Of a DNA stretch of 64,000 nucleotides, positions 51,701 to 63,579 are shown in pieces. The stretch is from Balanoglossus misakiensis (lineage: Eukaryota > Animalia > Hemichordata), in assembly GCA_040954595.2 (NCBI GenBank), contig CM082589.2:3486213-3550212 (forward strand). The letters are read 5' to 3'. The position numbers and the translations under genes were made by a program. The notes beneath the pieces were generated by a model that saw nothing but the letters and a program-made list of their open reading frames with translations, did not search any database and was not told the DNA's origin. How positions within the stretch are numbered: the first letter of the stretch is position 1; the number at the start of each line of letters is the position of its first letter.

Positions 51701-54700
51701 GAACACTTGACTGTAAGTCACGCTGGGTTTACTGGGTAAAAAAACATGCAAGTGAACACAAGATATCATTAGGGTGAAAACTGCATAGGTACAAAAATGA
51801 TAACAAAACAGCCAATAAATGCCAACCATGGATGTCTCTGGTACAGTAATCTGAATTCAATAATTAAGGAGTATGACTTTTGACCAGGTTAACAGTGCTA
51901 TGAACTTTGGGCTATGTAAGATTTTATCATGTCAGACACTGACGTGAAAGCATTCGCAGGTAATGAATGATTATATCAGAAAACATCCATGGTCTGCTTT
52001 GATTGGTTGTTTGTTTGTGATACAGTAAAATAAAACAGTGGGTTGGGGTATAAATGGGTAAAATACACATCATAAATTTAATGCCAACAGCCTCTTAAAA
52101 AGATGGAGATCAATCCATGTGATATTGAGAACAGACACATATTTTGCAGCTTTTCAGTCTGTCAATTCTAATATGTGTGTCTCTTGCAACAAAATCAACT
52201 GAATTGATCTCCAATACAATGGATATGGGTACGCACAATTCTCCCTTAAACCCTACAATGTAATCATGGGTACAACGGGTATAGATGGGTGGGGGCTCAA
52301 CAATTCAACCTTGCTACTTTTTAACCCATTCACAAACAACTATTTTCTGGATTTTCTTCCGTATTCGTTAAAGTTTCAAATTCATTTTTGACCAAAAATG
52401 ACTAGATTGTAAACAGTATTTTAGTTTGTACAAGAAAATAGATGATGAATGTTGAATGGGATAAAACCATGCATCAAATAACATCATGCGAATTTTAAAC
52501 ACAAAATATACATCGACACATGCTAGTTGCAAAAAACACAATATTGTATTATTTCATGCAATGCATATGAACATGCCAGCACATTGAACACATCTCATGA
52601 AGTTAGGAGTTTAATATGCAAAACACTTTTCACAGAAACTGTTTAATCATTTCTACATGTCACAAAGATGGATAGAATTGAGTGATCAAAATGATGGGTC
52701 GAAGTCAGGAGATGGTGACGATGGTGGAGAAATCATACATTCAGAAGAGTTGTACAAGGGGTTGGGAGGCACAAGATTAAACAGTGAAAAGTTGATGTCT
52801 GGATGAAGACAAGGACCAAAGAAACTGGTGTCTACTGCCCTCTAGATTTAAAGAAAAGCACAGCTGAAAACTCTATCAAGTTCCTTTTTGGCAGACTACA
52901 TATTTGAAACGTAACTGGGACTACGTGTGTGTTCTGACTGCTGTGTATATAGACTATCATTAGTTAACTGCAGAATTATGATGGCTGCTTGCCAAAACCA
53001 CAGAGGTCAAATCAGGTCAATGGGTGCAATAGATTATCAGTGATCATCTACAGTGACTTCTGCATTTACGTGCAACATGTTTTGCAATTTTATCAAAATG
53101 TTCCGCATCTCTTTTCTCTTTTTTAAACCCAGTATGCTTCTGGCAGCAAAATTCACTGAGTATAAACACCTAGTTTTTTAGAAGCAATGTCTCCATTGAA
53201 GTACCACAAGAAGTGTGACAGGGTTTGAAATATAGGGGAGTACCAGTTCGTGCTGGGTGGAATACTGTTGCCAGAACACGATAGAGAGATTGAGAGAGAA
53301 AAACAACACCACCACAATGGCACTTGAGAGTAACAAGTCACACCGAAAGAGGTGAAGTAATAATGACAAGGAGACAGTCTGAGTTTTACAGGGTGTGAAA
53401 CAGAACCCCTGTAACCATGCAATGGACATTTTCATATCACGATGCAATGTATGTACATGCATGCATAAAAGCAAATTCTCATAACTCTTTTTTTCGGATT
53501 GAGTGCATGCATTCAAAAAACCCGAGGGAATGTTGAAAGTCGATGATACAGTAAAAGGTCTGGCAAGCCAGCCGTTGGGAAGAACTCCAAATTCTAATGT
53601 CATTTTTTGTTTGGTCAAAGTCAACTATCATGATCTTCTATTTTGCTTCCATGAAAGCGTCTGCAAAGAGCCTGACATTATAGCTTTGTGTTGATAATCT
53701 GGGGGCGGTACGCAAGAGAAAAGACAAAGCTGAACTTAAGACAACTTAAGTTTAATTAATGGTTGCTGTGAGTAAGATGTAGCTATGTCAGGGAAGTGTG
53801 CTTGCGATCCAGAAGTAATTATTATAGATCCACCCAAAAATCAGAGAGAGAGGTAGAGACAGAGATAGTCACACACATAACATACACAGGTACGGTCATT
53901 CAGTGAACATGTTTTCAAAGAGTGTCTTGTTTATTGTTGAGGAATTACAGAAGTCTCACAGAGCCCAGAAAAGAACCCATTCACCAAAGAGAAAGTTCAC
54001 CAACAAGAGGGCCATTGTGAAAGGAGAAAGAGGATGAGAAAGCCGGCTAAATGTACAAGTAAAGTGCCCCATTACAAGTTCTTGGCTGTCTTAAATGGTT
54101 CCTATTAACACCAGGAGCATTAGCGAGAAACACACAAGGTGCTGTTTTTATCTTTAAGGACACACCGCATGCCAGCACCGTCACCACAGTGAGAGGTCTG
54201 AAACCCCCTTAGCAACCGCGTGGCGGCCATATTTGCACTTTCATGCATGGTGACATTTTAGGGTCAATTTCCCCATCAATGTACTGCTATTACACATACA
54301 GCCTAATACCCGCTTTTTAATCCCCCAAGCGTTTCTCACAGACTATTTATTTGCTTTGTTAAAAAATCCTCGCAGAAGTGTACTATTAAGGTTCAATTTG
54401 GAGGTCTTCCCATAAAGTCCTTTTAGGAGGGGTTTCCGCAGCCGAGATCGACGCAGATGACAGCAACTACTGAGGTAATGTGCTTGATAACATTGAGGAG
54501 CTGAAAAGCTGATTATTATCTCATGAACTTGATAAATTAAAATGATGAAAAAATAATTTACTAAAAATAAAAACCCGTGAATAAACATAAAATTATGCAT
54601 TATGAGCAAGCATGCAGAATGTTAGTTTATTGGGAGTACTTGTACAGTGAGGAAACTATGTGCATAAATTTGCATATCAATCAACAGGTTGGTGGGTTAT

Positions 54701-57700
54701 TGTTTCTTTCCTCAAAAGTAGCCTTTCATTTTTTGTCGGGAATTTGCGTCAGACATGTATATGTAAGCTAGCAAATATGAAATGGCTAATTTATGATATT
54801 GCTAATGCATGTTATTTGCTTATTAGTAGTATAAACCCTTTGAACCTGGTTCAGAAGAAAACTTCTGAATGATGATGCCATAGGACACCTGGGGTCAAGG
54901 TTCAAAGGGTTAATTTTCGATTCATCTCCCCGAACAGTTATCACCCACACCCCGTCAGTAGCTGCATAGGAATCAGTCAAACCTTGTTGCATTGGCTGCA
55001 GCTCAGCAGAACAGGTGGCTTCGCCCGCTGAGTTGACGGCTTTCACCGTGTACGATCCCAAGTCCTCCGAATTAACATCACTGATTACTAGCGTGTGTCC
55101 GCCATCGTCGTCCGAATAGAGCACAAACCTATCGTTTTTGGTGATTAGGTTCTCGCCCTTGAACCAGGACACCTCCGGTTCGGGCGTCCCGGCGACTTTG
55201 CAATCAAACTGGGCAGAGTGCCCGCGGCGTGCGTCCGCGTCAATAATCTCGATCACGAACCTCGGCGGGTCCCCGATCTTATGTCGTTTACCGTAATCAG
55301 TTTCGGTCGAATTCTGATTATGATCGAGCAATCCCAGCGTCACGGGCAGACTCCGCCAATAGGACACACTGACTTCTTCGATGGGAGATGTAGCCTCGTC
55401 CTCAGCTAGCTGAATCTCCATGTGTATCTCCCTGCTTATTAACGGCAACTCCGTCGTATCCATGGCAGCGAGAGGCGGCGGTAAATCCTCGCAAGGGACA
55501 CACTGTCCTGAATTTTTAAAACTCGGGTAATTTTTCATTGCACTGCACTCTAGTGCAGACAGGGTCTGTTCACCTGTGCCGCGTGAACTGTTCTGCAGCA
55601 AGCGTGCTTCTGGTGGTCCCTTCCTGGCCGTAGTCGCAGCGCCATAAATCTCAACACAAAGGCTCGGCTCTAAAAAATTCAGAGACATGTCTTCTAAAAC
55701 AAACATACATCCAGGGCTGTGAAAGGCTACAAGAGAATGGGTGGCCAAAGCTTTGCCCACTTACGGGGGGGATGGGATGGGATCGAGAAGAGGCTTTGTG
55801 AAACCTCTTTTTGTGTTGTGAAAGAGAGAGAGAGGGGAACTTTCAGATCCCCGGTTGTCAGTCCTCGAGGAAGTACTCCCAATGATGTAGTGGCATACCC
55901 TTATATACAAGCACTATAAACAAATTATGCAAAAGAGTATGACACTCCCTTATAAATGCCACCCAGCTGCTGCCAACCGAGTGGCCAGAAATTTTGTCAC
56001 AGAGACGCCAATGACAAGAGGACAGAGCTCAAACACACTGGTGGTATTTTTTTTTCTTCTTCTCTAACTACGATGTACTTCACATTCTGTGCGTAGGGTG
56101 CGACAAAAACAAAGAAAAGCAACGAAACATAAGGTGCAATGACAAAACAGAGGAAATTCCTGTCTGCAAGGGCGTGGCAACTTTAAATACACACCCACAC
56201 AGCTCTTTAAAATCAAGTCTAGAATTTCACCCCAGATGTACTTATCCTTTAAAACATCACTCCCGAAAATCCTTAAAGCAAAATCTCACTTCATGGCTTA
56301 CGGTTGTCAAGTCACCTCCTTACCTTCTTGACTTTAGTCAAAGCAAACAGAAACACAAAATAACCTTCAAACCTTGTAGCAGGTTTTTTGTTCTGATGGC
56401 ACTTCATTGCGCACTGACAGGGTTTATCTGATCGAGCAAATTTTTAGATGGTTACTATGAGAACAGAGGCATGTGGAACCACAGTACAGGCTAGAGTTCA
56501 ATTGCATTAAATGAATGAAATGGGCGAGGCTGGTAGCAAGTTGACATAATTGGCATTTTTGGTCATTCTTATTCTGGGGGCAGAATATACGGCAAATGTT
56601 ACCTTGTTTAAGCTGCAACCCTGAAAAGTAATATTACATCACACACTCCACAAGACACATCCAGACAACAATACACACACCACAACATTAGCAGTGTCGT
56701 TTCGGAACAAGTGCCAATCAACTGTCATAACGACCTTTACAGAGCAATACCATAGCAACAGCTCATGGACAGGAATATTGGATGCACATAATTATTTAAC
56801 TAAAGGGAAAAGCTGGCATTTTTTTCTTCAAACGGACAACAAAAGGAGGAGTTGAAAAATTGGAATACCCACCCAGATCTTTGACCTGTTTATTAGTGTC
56901 TTCGGCACCTGGGGCATTCTCTTTGTCTTTCAAGAGCTCAGAGGCAAGGTCCTTAAGGTTATCAACTTTACCCGTCTTGGCATCCAAGTCTTTCTGTAGA
57001 GCCTGTTGGGTCAACCAGAAAACAAAATAAAAGCTGTACTCTGCTGCAGGCAAAACTGTCAGAAGTGGGCCAGACAGTCTGTAGGCACTCGCCATGTGAT
57101 GGGAAGCACTCAACCATAAAACAGCTGTGTTGATATTTGGATTTCTGGGTCGCAGAAATTGATGGCAATAAATGGGCGTATTGAACATAAATGATATTTC
57201 ATGACTGTCGTCAGCTTATGAATCACATCATTTACTTTATCATCCTGTCAGTTATATTGGAGATTCATCTTGAATTAAATATTTAAAGTGGCTCTATAGT
57301 ACACAACATGTTCTCTGTTGAAAATCTATGAAGAACCCTTCAAGCTCATTCTTACAAAAGAAGCTGACAAACACACACTGATGTGAATGGTACATTTCAT
57401 GACAGCTCTCTGTTAATTGGCTCTTCATTTCCCCCATGCCCAATCAGATTGAAACAAAAGCAAAACCAAGCCAATCATCTGCAGTGTCTCACCTTCTGCT
57501 GTTTCAGTTGTTTCTTGACATCCTCAGCAGACGTGGCGGTAGGTTCTTGGCCGTCAATGCTGGCCTCCATCTCCTCCATCCAATTCATCAGCTCCTGCAC
57601 CTCATCTTTCAGACGGTTCGACGTCTTCAAGTTGGCATCAATTTCTTGGTCACGATCGGCCAACTTGTCTTTCAGGGTGTCGTAGCGATCATTGATTTCA

Positions 57701-60700
57701 TTCAGTTGTTTCTGGACCTCTGAAGCATCTTGGGTAAAAATCAATGAAAGACATACATCAAGTCAAGAAAGGTTTAATTAAACACAGAAAATTGATTTTA
57801 ATTTTCATTCAGTGCACAGTATTGAATAAAGTTGATGATTAAACTGTTGTCACTATTTTATTCTTGTAACAAAATCATTTTTGGGACAAGGGCTCTGACT
57901 TACCATCAGTAACAAATGGTGCACCGTCAAGTTGGTCAGAACCACGTCTGCCTGGTTTCTTCTCTGGACTCAGCGGCGTCTTGGGCTGTATGGCCGCCTT
58001 TGAGCGTTTCCTAGGAGACGCCACGGGAGATGGGATGTCGCTCTCCTTCATCAGTTTCTCCAGGGTGGTGCCGAGGTCATTGACCTCAGAGATCTTTGGC
58101 TGGTATTCCTTGTGTTCTGTTTGGAGTGGCTGTGAAAGGTTAAAAAAATCATTAGATTTGAATCTTATATTTTAATAAACCAGTTAATGAATATATCCAA
58201 GTTGTGATCTCATAGGGAACATTAACATTTTGCTTTTCAAATTTTGAAACGCATCAGCTCTTATTTTTTCATATTTATGTATTTAAAATTTTGCAAAGCA
58301 TCTATTCAGCTCGTATGTTTTTTTCATATTTTATGTATCCAGTTCAGGTCAATATTTTTCATGTTTATGCATTCACATAACATATTTTTTTCATGTTAAT
58401 GATATCTATATTCATTTCATTTCAGGTCAAACATCAGCAGCATGATGCAAATGACAGATGTTTGCTTTGGTGTATTTTTGGTTAATGTATTCATGAGTCA
58501 CTATGTCATCATTGTATTCAACCTGCATTTATTTTGTGTTCACTGCATCATTTTCAGTCGTGCATACAGCAATTGCGACGCCCATGCACTTAGTACAACG
58601 TCACGTTCACATCAACCATTGTGTTCTTGGTTCGTTACACCGTAATTAAAATTTCAGAGAAAATCAACCAGGAGAAATCTCCGCATACCTGCAGGTCGGT
58701 CATCTGACTCTGCAGAAGGGCAAAGGCCACGGCAACCGGCTCCAGCCCCACAACCTGCTCTTCAATAGTATCCAACCACACCATCACCGCTTTCGAGGCA
58801 TCGTTGAATTTCTCATACGCAGCCTGTTTGTCGTCCAGTTGCTGTTGTCTGTAAAGCAATCACGAAATTCCATGATTATATTTTTCCCAGAAAATTGATA
58901 TTTATCTCAAATATTTGCTGCCTGTTGCTGAACACACAGAACCCTAGCTGCCTGAATTTGATGAGCTCTATTGTATAGCTGCATTGTACATCAATGAAAA
59001 GATTCCCCAGGTCTACATTCCAAAAATAGAAGCTGACTGCACCAGTTGGTTAAAACGTGCAGGTAGGCTGTTAAATGTATGGCCTGCAGCCCTGAATAAG
59101 TACAACAAAATACATAAACATCCCTGAAACAAATATAATGTTTAGTATCTATTTCCAGAAGGTCAAATTAAAGAGAATCACCTCTCCCTGTTCAATAATA
59201 ATGGTGCTTAGATTATTAACTTCTTAATTTTTAAATAAACATTTATTTCACAAGCTTGTAATTTTATCTGTTCAACCATCCTGAAAGGTCAACTTCCCTA
59301 TACACATGCAGAAGGTACTTTTACAGATGCCGTAAATTTGGGTGTGTTAAAAATCACGCGCCACAAACAAAAATAGTCATGTTTTTCCTTCACGGTCCAC
59401 ACAATTTGGAGGCCAGTAATGGTCACGAGAATAAAATTTTATTCGCTCAACTAATCACCACTTCACAGAAATTCATAGATTCCACTTTCTTTAACAAGTG
59501 TTATGTACTCTGTGTTTTGATGGAGGGTGAACAATTGCATCATTTGCAGTTCAATAGAGACTGGGGTCTGTTCCATATTTAATGGCCCTCATTTACACAG
59601 TTTTACACCCGTTCAAAAGCTAGTAAATCGAAAATGCGCATATTCACAAGTTTGTTGAACCAACAGTTTCCATGTGTAAGTCTATCTGAACCATCTGACA
59701 GCTAGCTTCCTCAATTAAATCCACATTAGATGTACTTTGCATTGATTTACATTCAAAACTGCATTTAATTATTTTCTGCTCTGATAACAGATTCTATGAA
59801 ACAGGACTTATCAAACGGAACAAGCTCTCTAATCACTTATCAACAGAAGAAAAAAACACACAGACATTTTACTAGTAAGTACATCATGATTGACACGTGC
59901 AGATCAGCTGCGACAAAGTTCAAAGGTTGACAGTCGTGTGTCTGTAGACAGGTAAAAAAAAACACGACTTCTAAACATCAATGACAGGAGACATATCACC
60001 GACCTTTTATTCAGCAGATCCTCCAACGACTTCCAGTTCTTATTCAAATTCTCCAGAACATCTTTAACCGGAGTGGTGTCAGACAATTTTTTATCCTTCA
60101 CGATCTCATCCCCGAGCTTGTTGATGTCCAGGTAGTCGGGTCGCTTCTTGTCCGTCGCCGTGGAAATCTCCTGAAAAACCAGAAACAAGTGGATCTCGTC
60201 AGTTTCCAAACATCTGGCAGCAGATGCGCATGACTAATTCTATAACCCCCCAAAGTGTGCACATCCGAGGACTGACAACGGGGGAGGTGGAAAATTCCTG
60301 TGTGGGCAAAGAGAAGGGGGACATTACGCCATTCTGGGGAAGCCGATCGAGAGCCTGGACCCGCGTGCGCGTGTTATACTCCTGAGAGGCAGACTATGAC
60401 AATACCCGCACAGTTCCACAGTCAGCGAGGTGTACCTGTACAGTGTTACGCCCCGTTACATTGTCAACCTTTATTGGCAGTAATAAATAGCACGACCTTT
60501 GACCCCAATCTGAGCTGACACCCCATTTGCCCTTAAAAATCGCTGGAAAAGACCTGCAGTACTTTATCCGCTGACTAAAGATGGCAGTCGGTTGCCAGGC
60601 GACAAGGTACTTAGACATTTGCGCGGCGGCCTCAAGGGGTCAACAGAAACAATGTAGGACAAAACAGAGTAGCACTGCCCCCTGGGGCTATGTCGCATGC

Positions 60701-63579
60701 ACCTGAGGGGGTTCTGGGAAATCTAAAGCATTCTTTACAGACGGAGTTCAGCAAAGGAGGCTCAAATAAATATTGCTGAATCATCTGAATGACCTGGGTG
60801 GACAGAATGTCGGGCAGTTAAACACTATGTCTTGTACCTTGTTTGTTCTGCGAATACTTTCAACTGAAACTTGAATACCTCGGAATGTCACAGCTTAACA
60901 TGTAGCAATTGTTTTTCTTTTCTCTGTTTTTAAGGAGAGGAGTTGTCGACCTTTGCCAGGTCTTTGCACCTTCGAATTTATCACACCTGTCTCACAGGAA
61001 TTTGAAAATGCAGAACTTTGCGCAAATCGCTGCATCATTAAAAAGGCCTCAATCATCCCATTCTCAATCTGATCAAGCAGCAACAACAATTTAAATTCCA
61101 CATCCTCTGCAAGTTGTCACACATTTTTCTATCAAATATTTTGACTTCCGTGATGAAAAAAAATTAGTTGTATGGAGTGAATTGACGTAAACTTGGGGCA
61201 GTGTTTGTGATATGCAGGACTGCACAAACTGATCAAGACAAAATGCTACCATGACAACAATTACTTACCATCAACTGACTTCCCAGAGCCAGCAATTCCA
61301 TGGTTGAGAATTCCTGGGATTCCAGAGTCTCCACGGTCGGAAGCAGCCAGTCTTCCAGGGTATCCACTTTCTCCATGAAGTCATTCAGCCTTTCCTGGAC
61401 TCCGTGGAGGTAACCGCTGTGCTCCTTGGTCTTGTCGGAGACGTCGGCGAATCTCTTATTCAGACTGTCCACCTTATCCTGCACCGTCTTGCCAACCGAT
61501 GGCTCGCTGTCCTGGATCAACTTGGCGGCAGATTCATTGATGGAGTCGATGCTTGGTTTGTGGTTGTCCACATCAGATCCCAAAACCTTCGGGTGAAAAA
61601 AATTATGCATGTCTTAGATATCTTTGTTTTTTGGCTCTTTTTCTACATAAGAATAACTGAAATGATCATGCATTGCTATGACAAGTTACAACAACTGATA
61701 CACTGACTTCATCCAAAAAATTAAAACTACATCATTTTATTTCAATATTAAGTAATCTCTTTTCTGTAATAATTTTGGTGGAATCTTCCATAATATTAAG
61801 GCACAGTATTGTATTTCTTTTCAGTAGTTTCCTGCACTATAACATTTTTGACTCAGATTTGCAGAGAATACATCATGTACAGAATCATCTTTCTGCTTTC
61901 AATCCTTTGCTCTTTTCAAAACGGTTAAGCAAGCTTCTTGACTCGGCTGGTTCCAGTCATGAAGTTTAAATAGCCTGGATGTTTATCCACACCTATCAAG
62001 GTCAGGGGCATTCAACCTCTACCTTTCATGAATGAACTGGCCGCTCAATGGGAACTGATATACACAGGCACCCCCTTGTCGCTTTCCATATTGCACAAAG
62101 GAGACCGCCAGCTTTTTATCTCGAGAGGGAAACACAATGGTACATAGTTCAATGTTTACTCTTTTGACCTTGCCGTTACGACGTGGGCCGGACCTGGGCT
62201 ATTGAGCTGTTTGCACATCTTGCTAATAGGCAGCACTTTTTTTGTACCAGTCTCGAGCACTGGAAAGATGTCAATTCAATTCCTTCTAAACATCTTCGAA
62301 CGGACACTTTACTTTTGGTCTTTCTCAAACATTTAGCGCCTACACGAAACACACATTCAGGAATTTCATTTTTGTACGAGTCTTGAGCACTGGAAAGATC
62401 TCAATTCAATTCCTTCTAAACATCTTCGCACGGACACTTTACTTTTGGTCTTTCTCAAACATTTAGCGCCTACACGAAACACACATTCAGGAATTTCATT
62501 TTTGTACGAGTCTTGAGCACTGGAAAGATCTCAATTCAATTCCTTCTAAACATCTTCGCACGGACACTTTACTTTTGGTCTATCTCAAGCATTTAGTGCC
62601 TACAGGAAACACACATCCAGGAATTTCATTTTTGTACGAGTCTTGAGGACTGGAAAGATCTCAATTCAATTCCTTCTAAACATCTTCGCACGGACACTTT
62701 ACTTTTGGTCTCTATCTCAAGCATTTAGTGCCTACAGGAAACACACATTCAGGAATTTCATTTTTGTATGAGTCTTGAGGACTGGAAAGATCTCAATTCA
62801 ATTCCTTCTAAACATCTTCGCACGGACACTTTACTTTTGGTCTCTATCTCAAGCATTTAGCACCGGCATGACACGTGCACAACATTCAGGAATTTCACTT
62901 CCATCAAGTCACACAGCGACCGACGAAACTGCTGCGGTATGTGAAAACACCACTACTCTGCCTCCCAGCAAAAAGACCATGGCGACCTTTCGCCATGTGG
63001 TGGAGCTGTATTTCTTTTTCCGACTAACAGAACAATGCAAGAGGATGTTCCAGCAATTATTCATTTCCTGTCTTTGGCAGGAAAGTCTATGTCTGGCAAT
63101 TAATCAAACTAGTCCAAAGCATTTTCAGCACACCTTTGTATCTTTAACTGATACATTTTTGTTCAGCAGACTGAAGTCAGACCTTTTTACAGTCTGAATA
63201 GAACACTTTCAATTTCTGTTTCGAGTTACGCATTAGCAATGTATCTTTCCAGGAGAGGCAGCAAACTTTTGAAGAAAAGTATGTCGAGTGTTCAAAAATG
63301 CTGGTGGAATTGAGAGACACATTCTCAGAAAATGTATGCAAATCAAAACAAAACCCCTTTTTACCTCAGCTTCCTGTTGCTTCTCCAGGACTGACTCTTT
63401 CTTGGCTTCGATTGGAGCCTTGACGACTTTGTCCAGTTTATTCTCTGCGTCATCGAGCCATTTAAGTAAGGTTTCGATTCCATCCTGGACACCTTGTGAT
63501 TGTGTTAGAGCTGTCTGTAGCACATTGCTTCGATCAGATGCCTTCTTGATTAGATCTTTGTATTTGGTGTCTGTGTCAT
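17854..63579 (-). CDS. MACF1: Spectraplakin (MACF1/dystonin/Shot ortholog), 3' part; gene continues beyond the window's right edge
   Basis: 51 GT-AG exons with consistent phases: 63365-63579, 61269-61586, 60004-60170, 58689-58848, 57904-58129, 57493-57728, 56873-57002, 50322-50521, 48633-48965, 48297-48459, 48027-48193, 47563-47892, 47259-47409, 46971-47140, 46510-46839, 46113-46226, 44068-44280, 43778-43939, 43428-43598, 42963-43289, 42271-42597, 40924-41008, 40508-40737, 40114-40320, 39744-39869, 39240-39569, 38908-39114, 38696-38815, 38422-38530, 38084-38310, 37707-37931, 37265-37537, 36765-37121, 36412-36540, 34007-34177, 33674-33829, 33343-33549, 33084-33203, 32681-32847, 32411-32570, 32096-32290, 31852-31980, 31468-31611, 30863-31339, 30304-30466, 29955-30115, 29686-29760, 23211-23328, 20886-21043, 20543-20705, 17854-18716. 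Family-diagnostic peptides: [127 protein letters not shown]. Confidence 0.95.
23211..23328 (-). CDS. MACF1: Spectraplakin exon: second half of the GAS2/GAR domain
   Basis: [39 protein letters not shown] with canonical splice sites. Confidence 0.95.
26048..26832 (+). repeat. 63-bp AT-rich subterminal tandem repeat, ~12.5 copies (left arm)
   Basis: Unit TAGTAGTATTTAATGTTGAAGTAGTACGATTATATTTTGATTCGTTAATATATTATAAATAAA starts at 26048, 26111, 26174 etc.; one copy is 5 bp shorter. Confidence 0.95.
26953..27147 (+). CDS. SAM-domain mini-ORF (64 aa) in the transposon arm; possibly a truncated accessory gene
   Basis: [57 protein letters not shown] fits the SAM pattern (L..L.L......F....I....L.M...I..LGV...GDR). 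Confidence 0.6.
   Translation: MDIEAILHEINLATLVERFKYERIEAPTVLSMTEGEIKRLGVTRAGDRVRLRDLCKEATQPSPA
27525..27954. mobile_element. PIF/Harbinger-type MITE nested in the right arm of the foldback element
   Basis: Perfect 21-bp TIR GGGACCGTTCAGTTTTTACGG / CCGTAAAAACTGAACGGTCCC; 3-bp TSD TTA (27522-27524, 27955-27957); the left arm shows the empty site. Confidence 0.9.
28127..28321 (-). CDS. Inverted copy of the SAM-domain mini-ORF
   Basis: Translation identical to 26953-27147. Confidence 0.6.
   Translation of the reverse strand: MDIEAILHEINLATLVERFKYERIEAPTVLSMTEGEIKRLGVTRAGDRVRLRDLCKEATQPSPA
28441..29168 (-). repeat. 63-bp subterminal tandem repeat, ~11.5 copies (right arm, inverted)
   Basis: Reverse complement of the left-arm unit. 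Confidence 0.95.
29686..30466 (-). CDS. MACF1: Spectraplakin exons: EF-hand pair and first half of GAS2 (30304-30466, 29955-30115, 29686-29760)
   Basis: EF-hand loops [13 protein letters not shown] and [13 protein letters not shown]; [25 protein letters not shown] with the Zn-binding CxC. Confidence 0.95.
30613..30775. mobile_element. Tc1/mariner (pogo/Tigger-type) MITE
   Basis: TA|CAGTAGAACCTGTCTAA ... TTAGACAGGTTTTACTG|TA; TA TSD. Confidence 0.8.
50322..50597 (-). CDS. Candidate alternative spectraplakin N-terminus with a transmembrane/signal-anchor helix
   Basis: ATG at 50597 gives [25 protein letters not shown], in frame with the spectrin exon [10 protein letters not shown]... Confidence 0.6.
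54836..54909. mobile_element. 74-bp piggyBac-type MITE
   Basis: CCCTTTGAACC ... GGTTCAAAGGG TIRs flanked by TAAA / TTAA. Confidence 0.55.
54983..55693 (-). CDS. Intronic exon encoding an Ig I-set domain; candidate alternative first or cassette exon of the spectraplakin
   Basis: [38 protein letters not shown]...[33 protein letters not shown] is a canonical I-set signature. Phase-1 acceptor (gttttAG|, 55693) and phase-1 donor (CAAG|GTTTGA, 54983) match the flanking rod exons. Confidence 0.75.
55765..55908 (-). promoter_or_regulatory. Candidate internal promoter plus non-coding first exon
   Basis: TATATAAGG on the - strand at ~55899-55907, an ATG-free ~100-nt segment and a donor GTAAGT at 55764; CAGCTG E-box at 55964. 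Confidence 0.4.
60436..60618 (-). CDS. Candidate alternative first coding exon (61 aa)
   Basis: GCCGCCGCGCAA-ATG start context in a GC-rich island; phase-0 donor CAG|GTACAC compatible with the exon at 60170. Confidence 0.35.
62239..62897. repeat. 130-bp intronic tandem repeat, ~4.8 copies
   Basis: GAG(C/G)ACTGGAAAGATCTCAATTCAATTCC... at 62255, 62385, 62515, 62645 and 62777. Confidence 0.9.

Noticed and set aside
54786-54982. C-terminal part of the 324-aa Ig ORF as real protein
   Set aside because: It lies past a phase-compatible splice donor and runs through a MITE, so it is probably intron read-through.
61930-62215. Possible decayed tRNA-derived SINE on the - strand
   Set aside because: Only vague resemblance; A/B boxes and TSD could not be identified without a library search.
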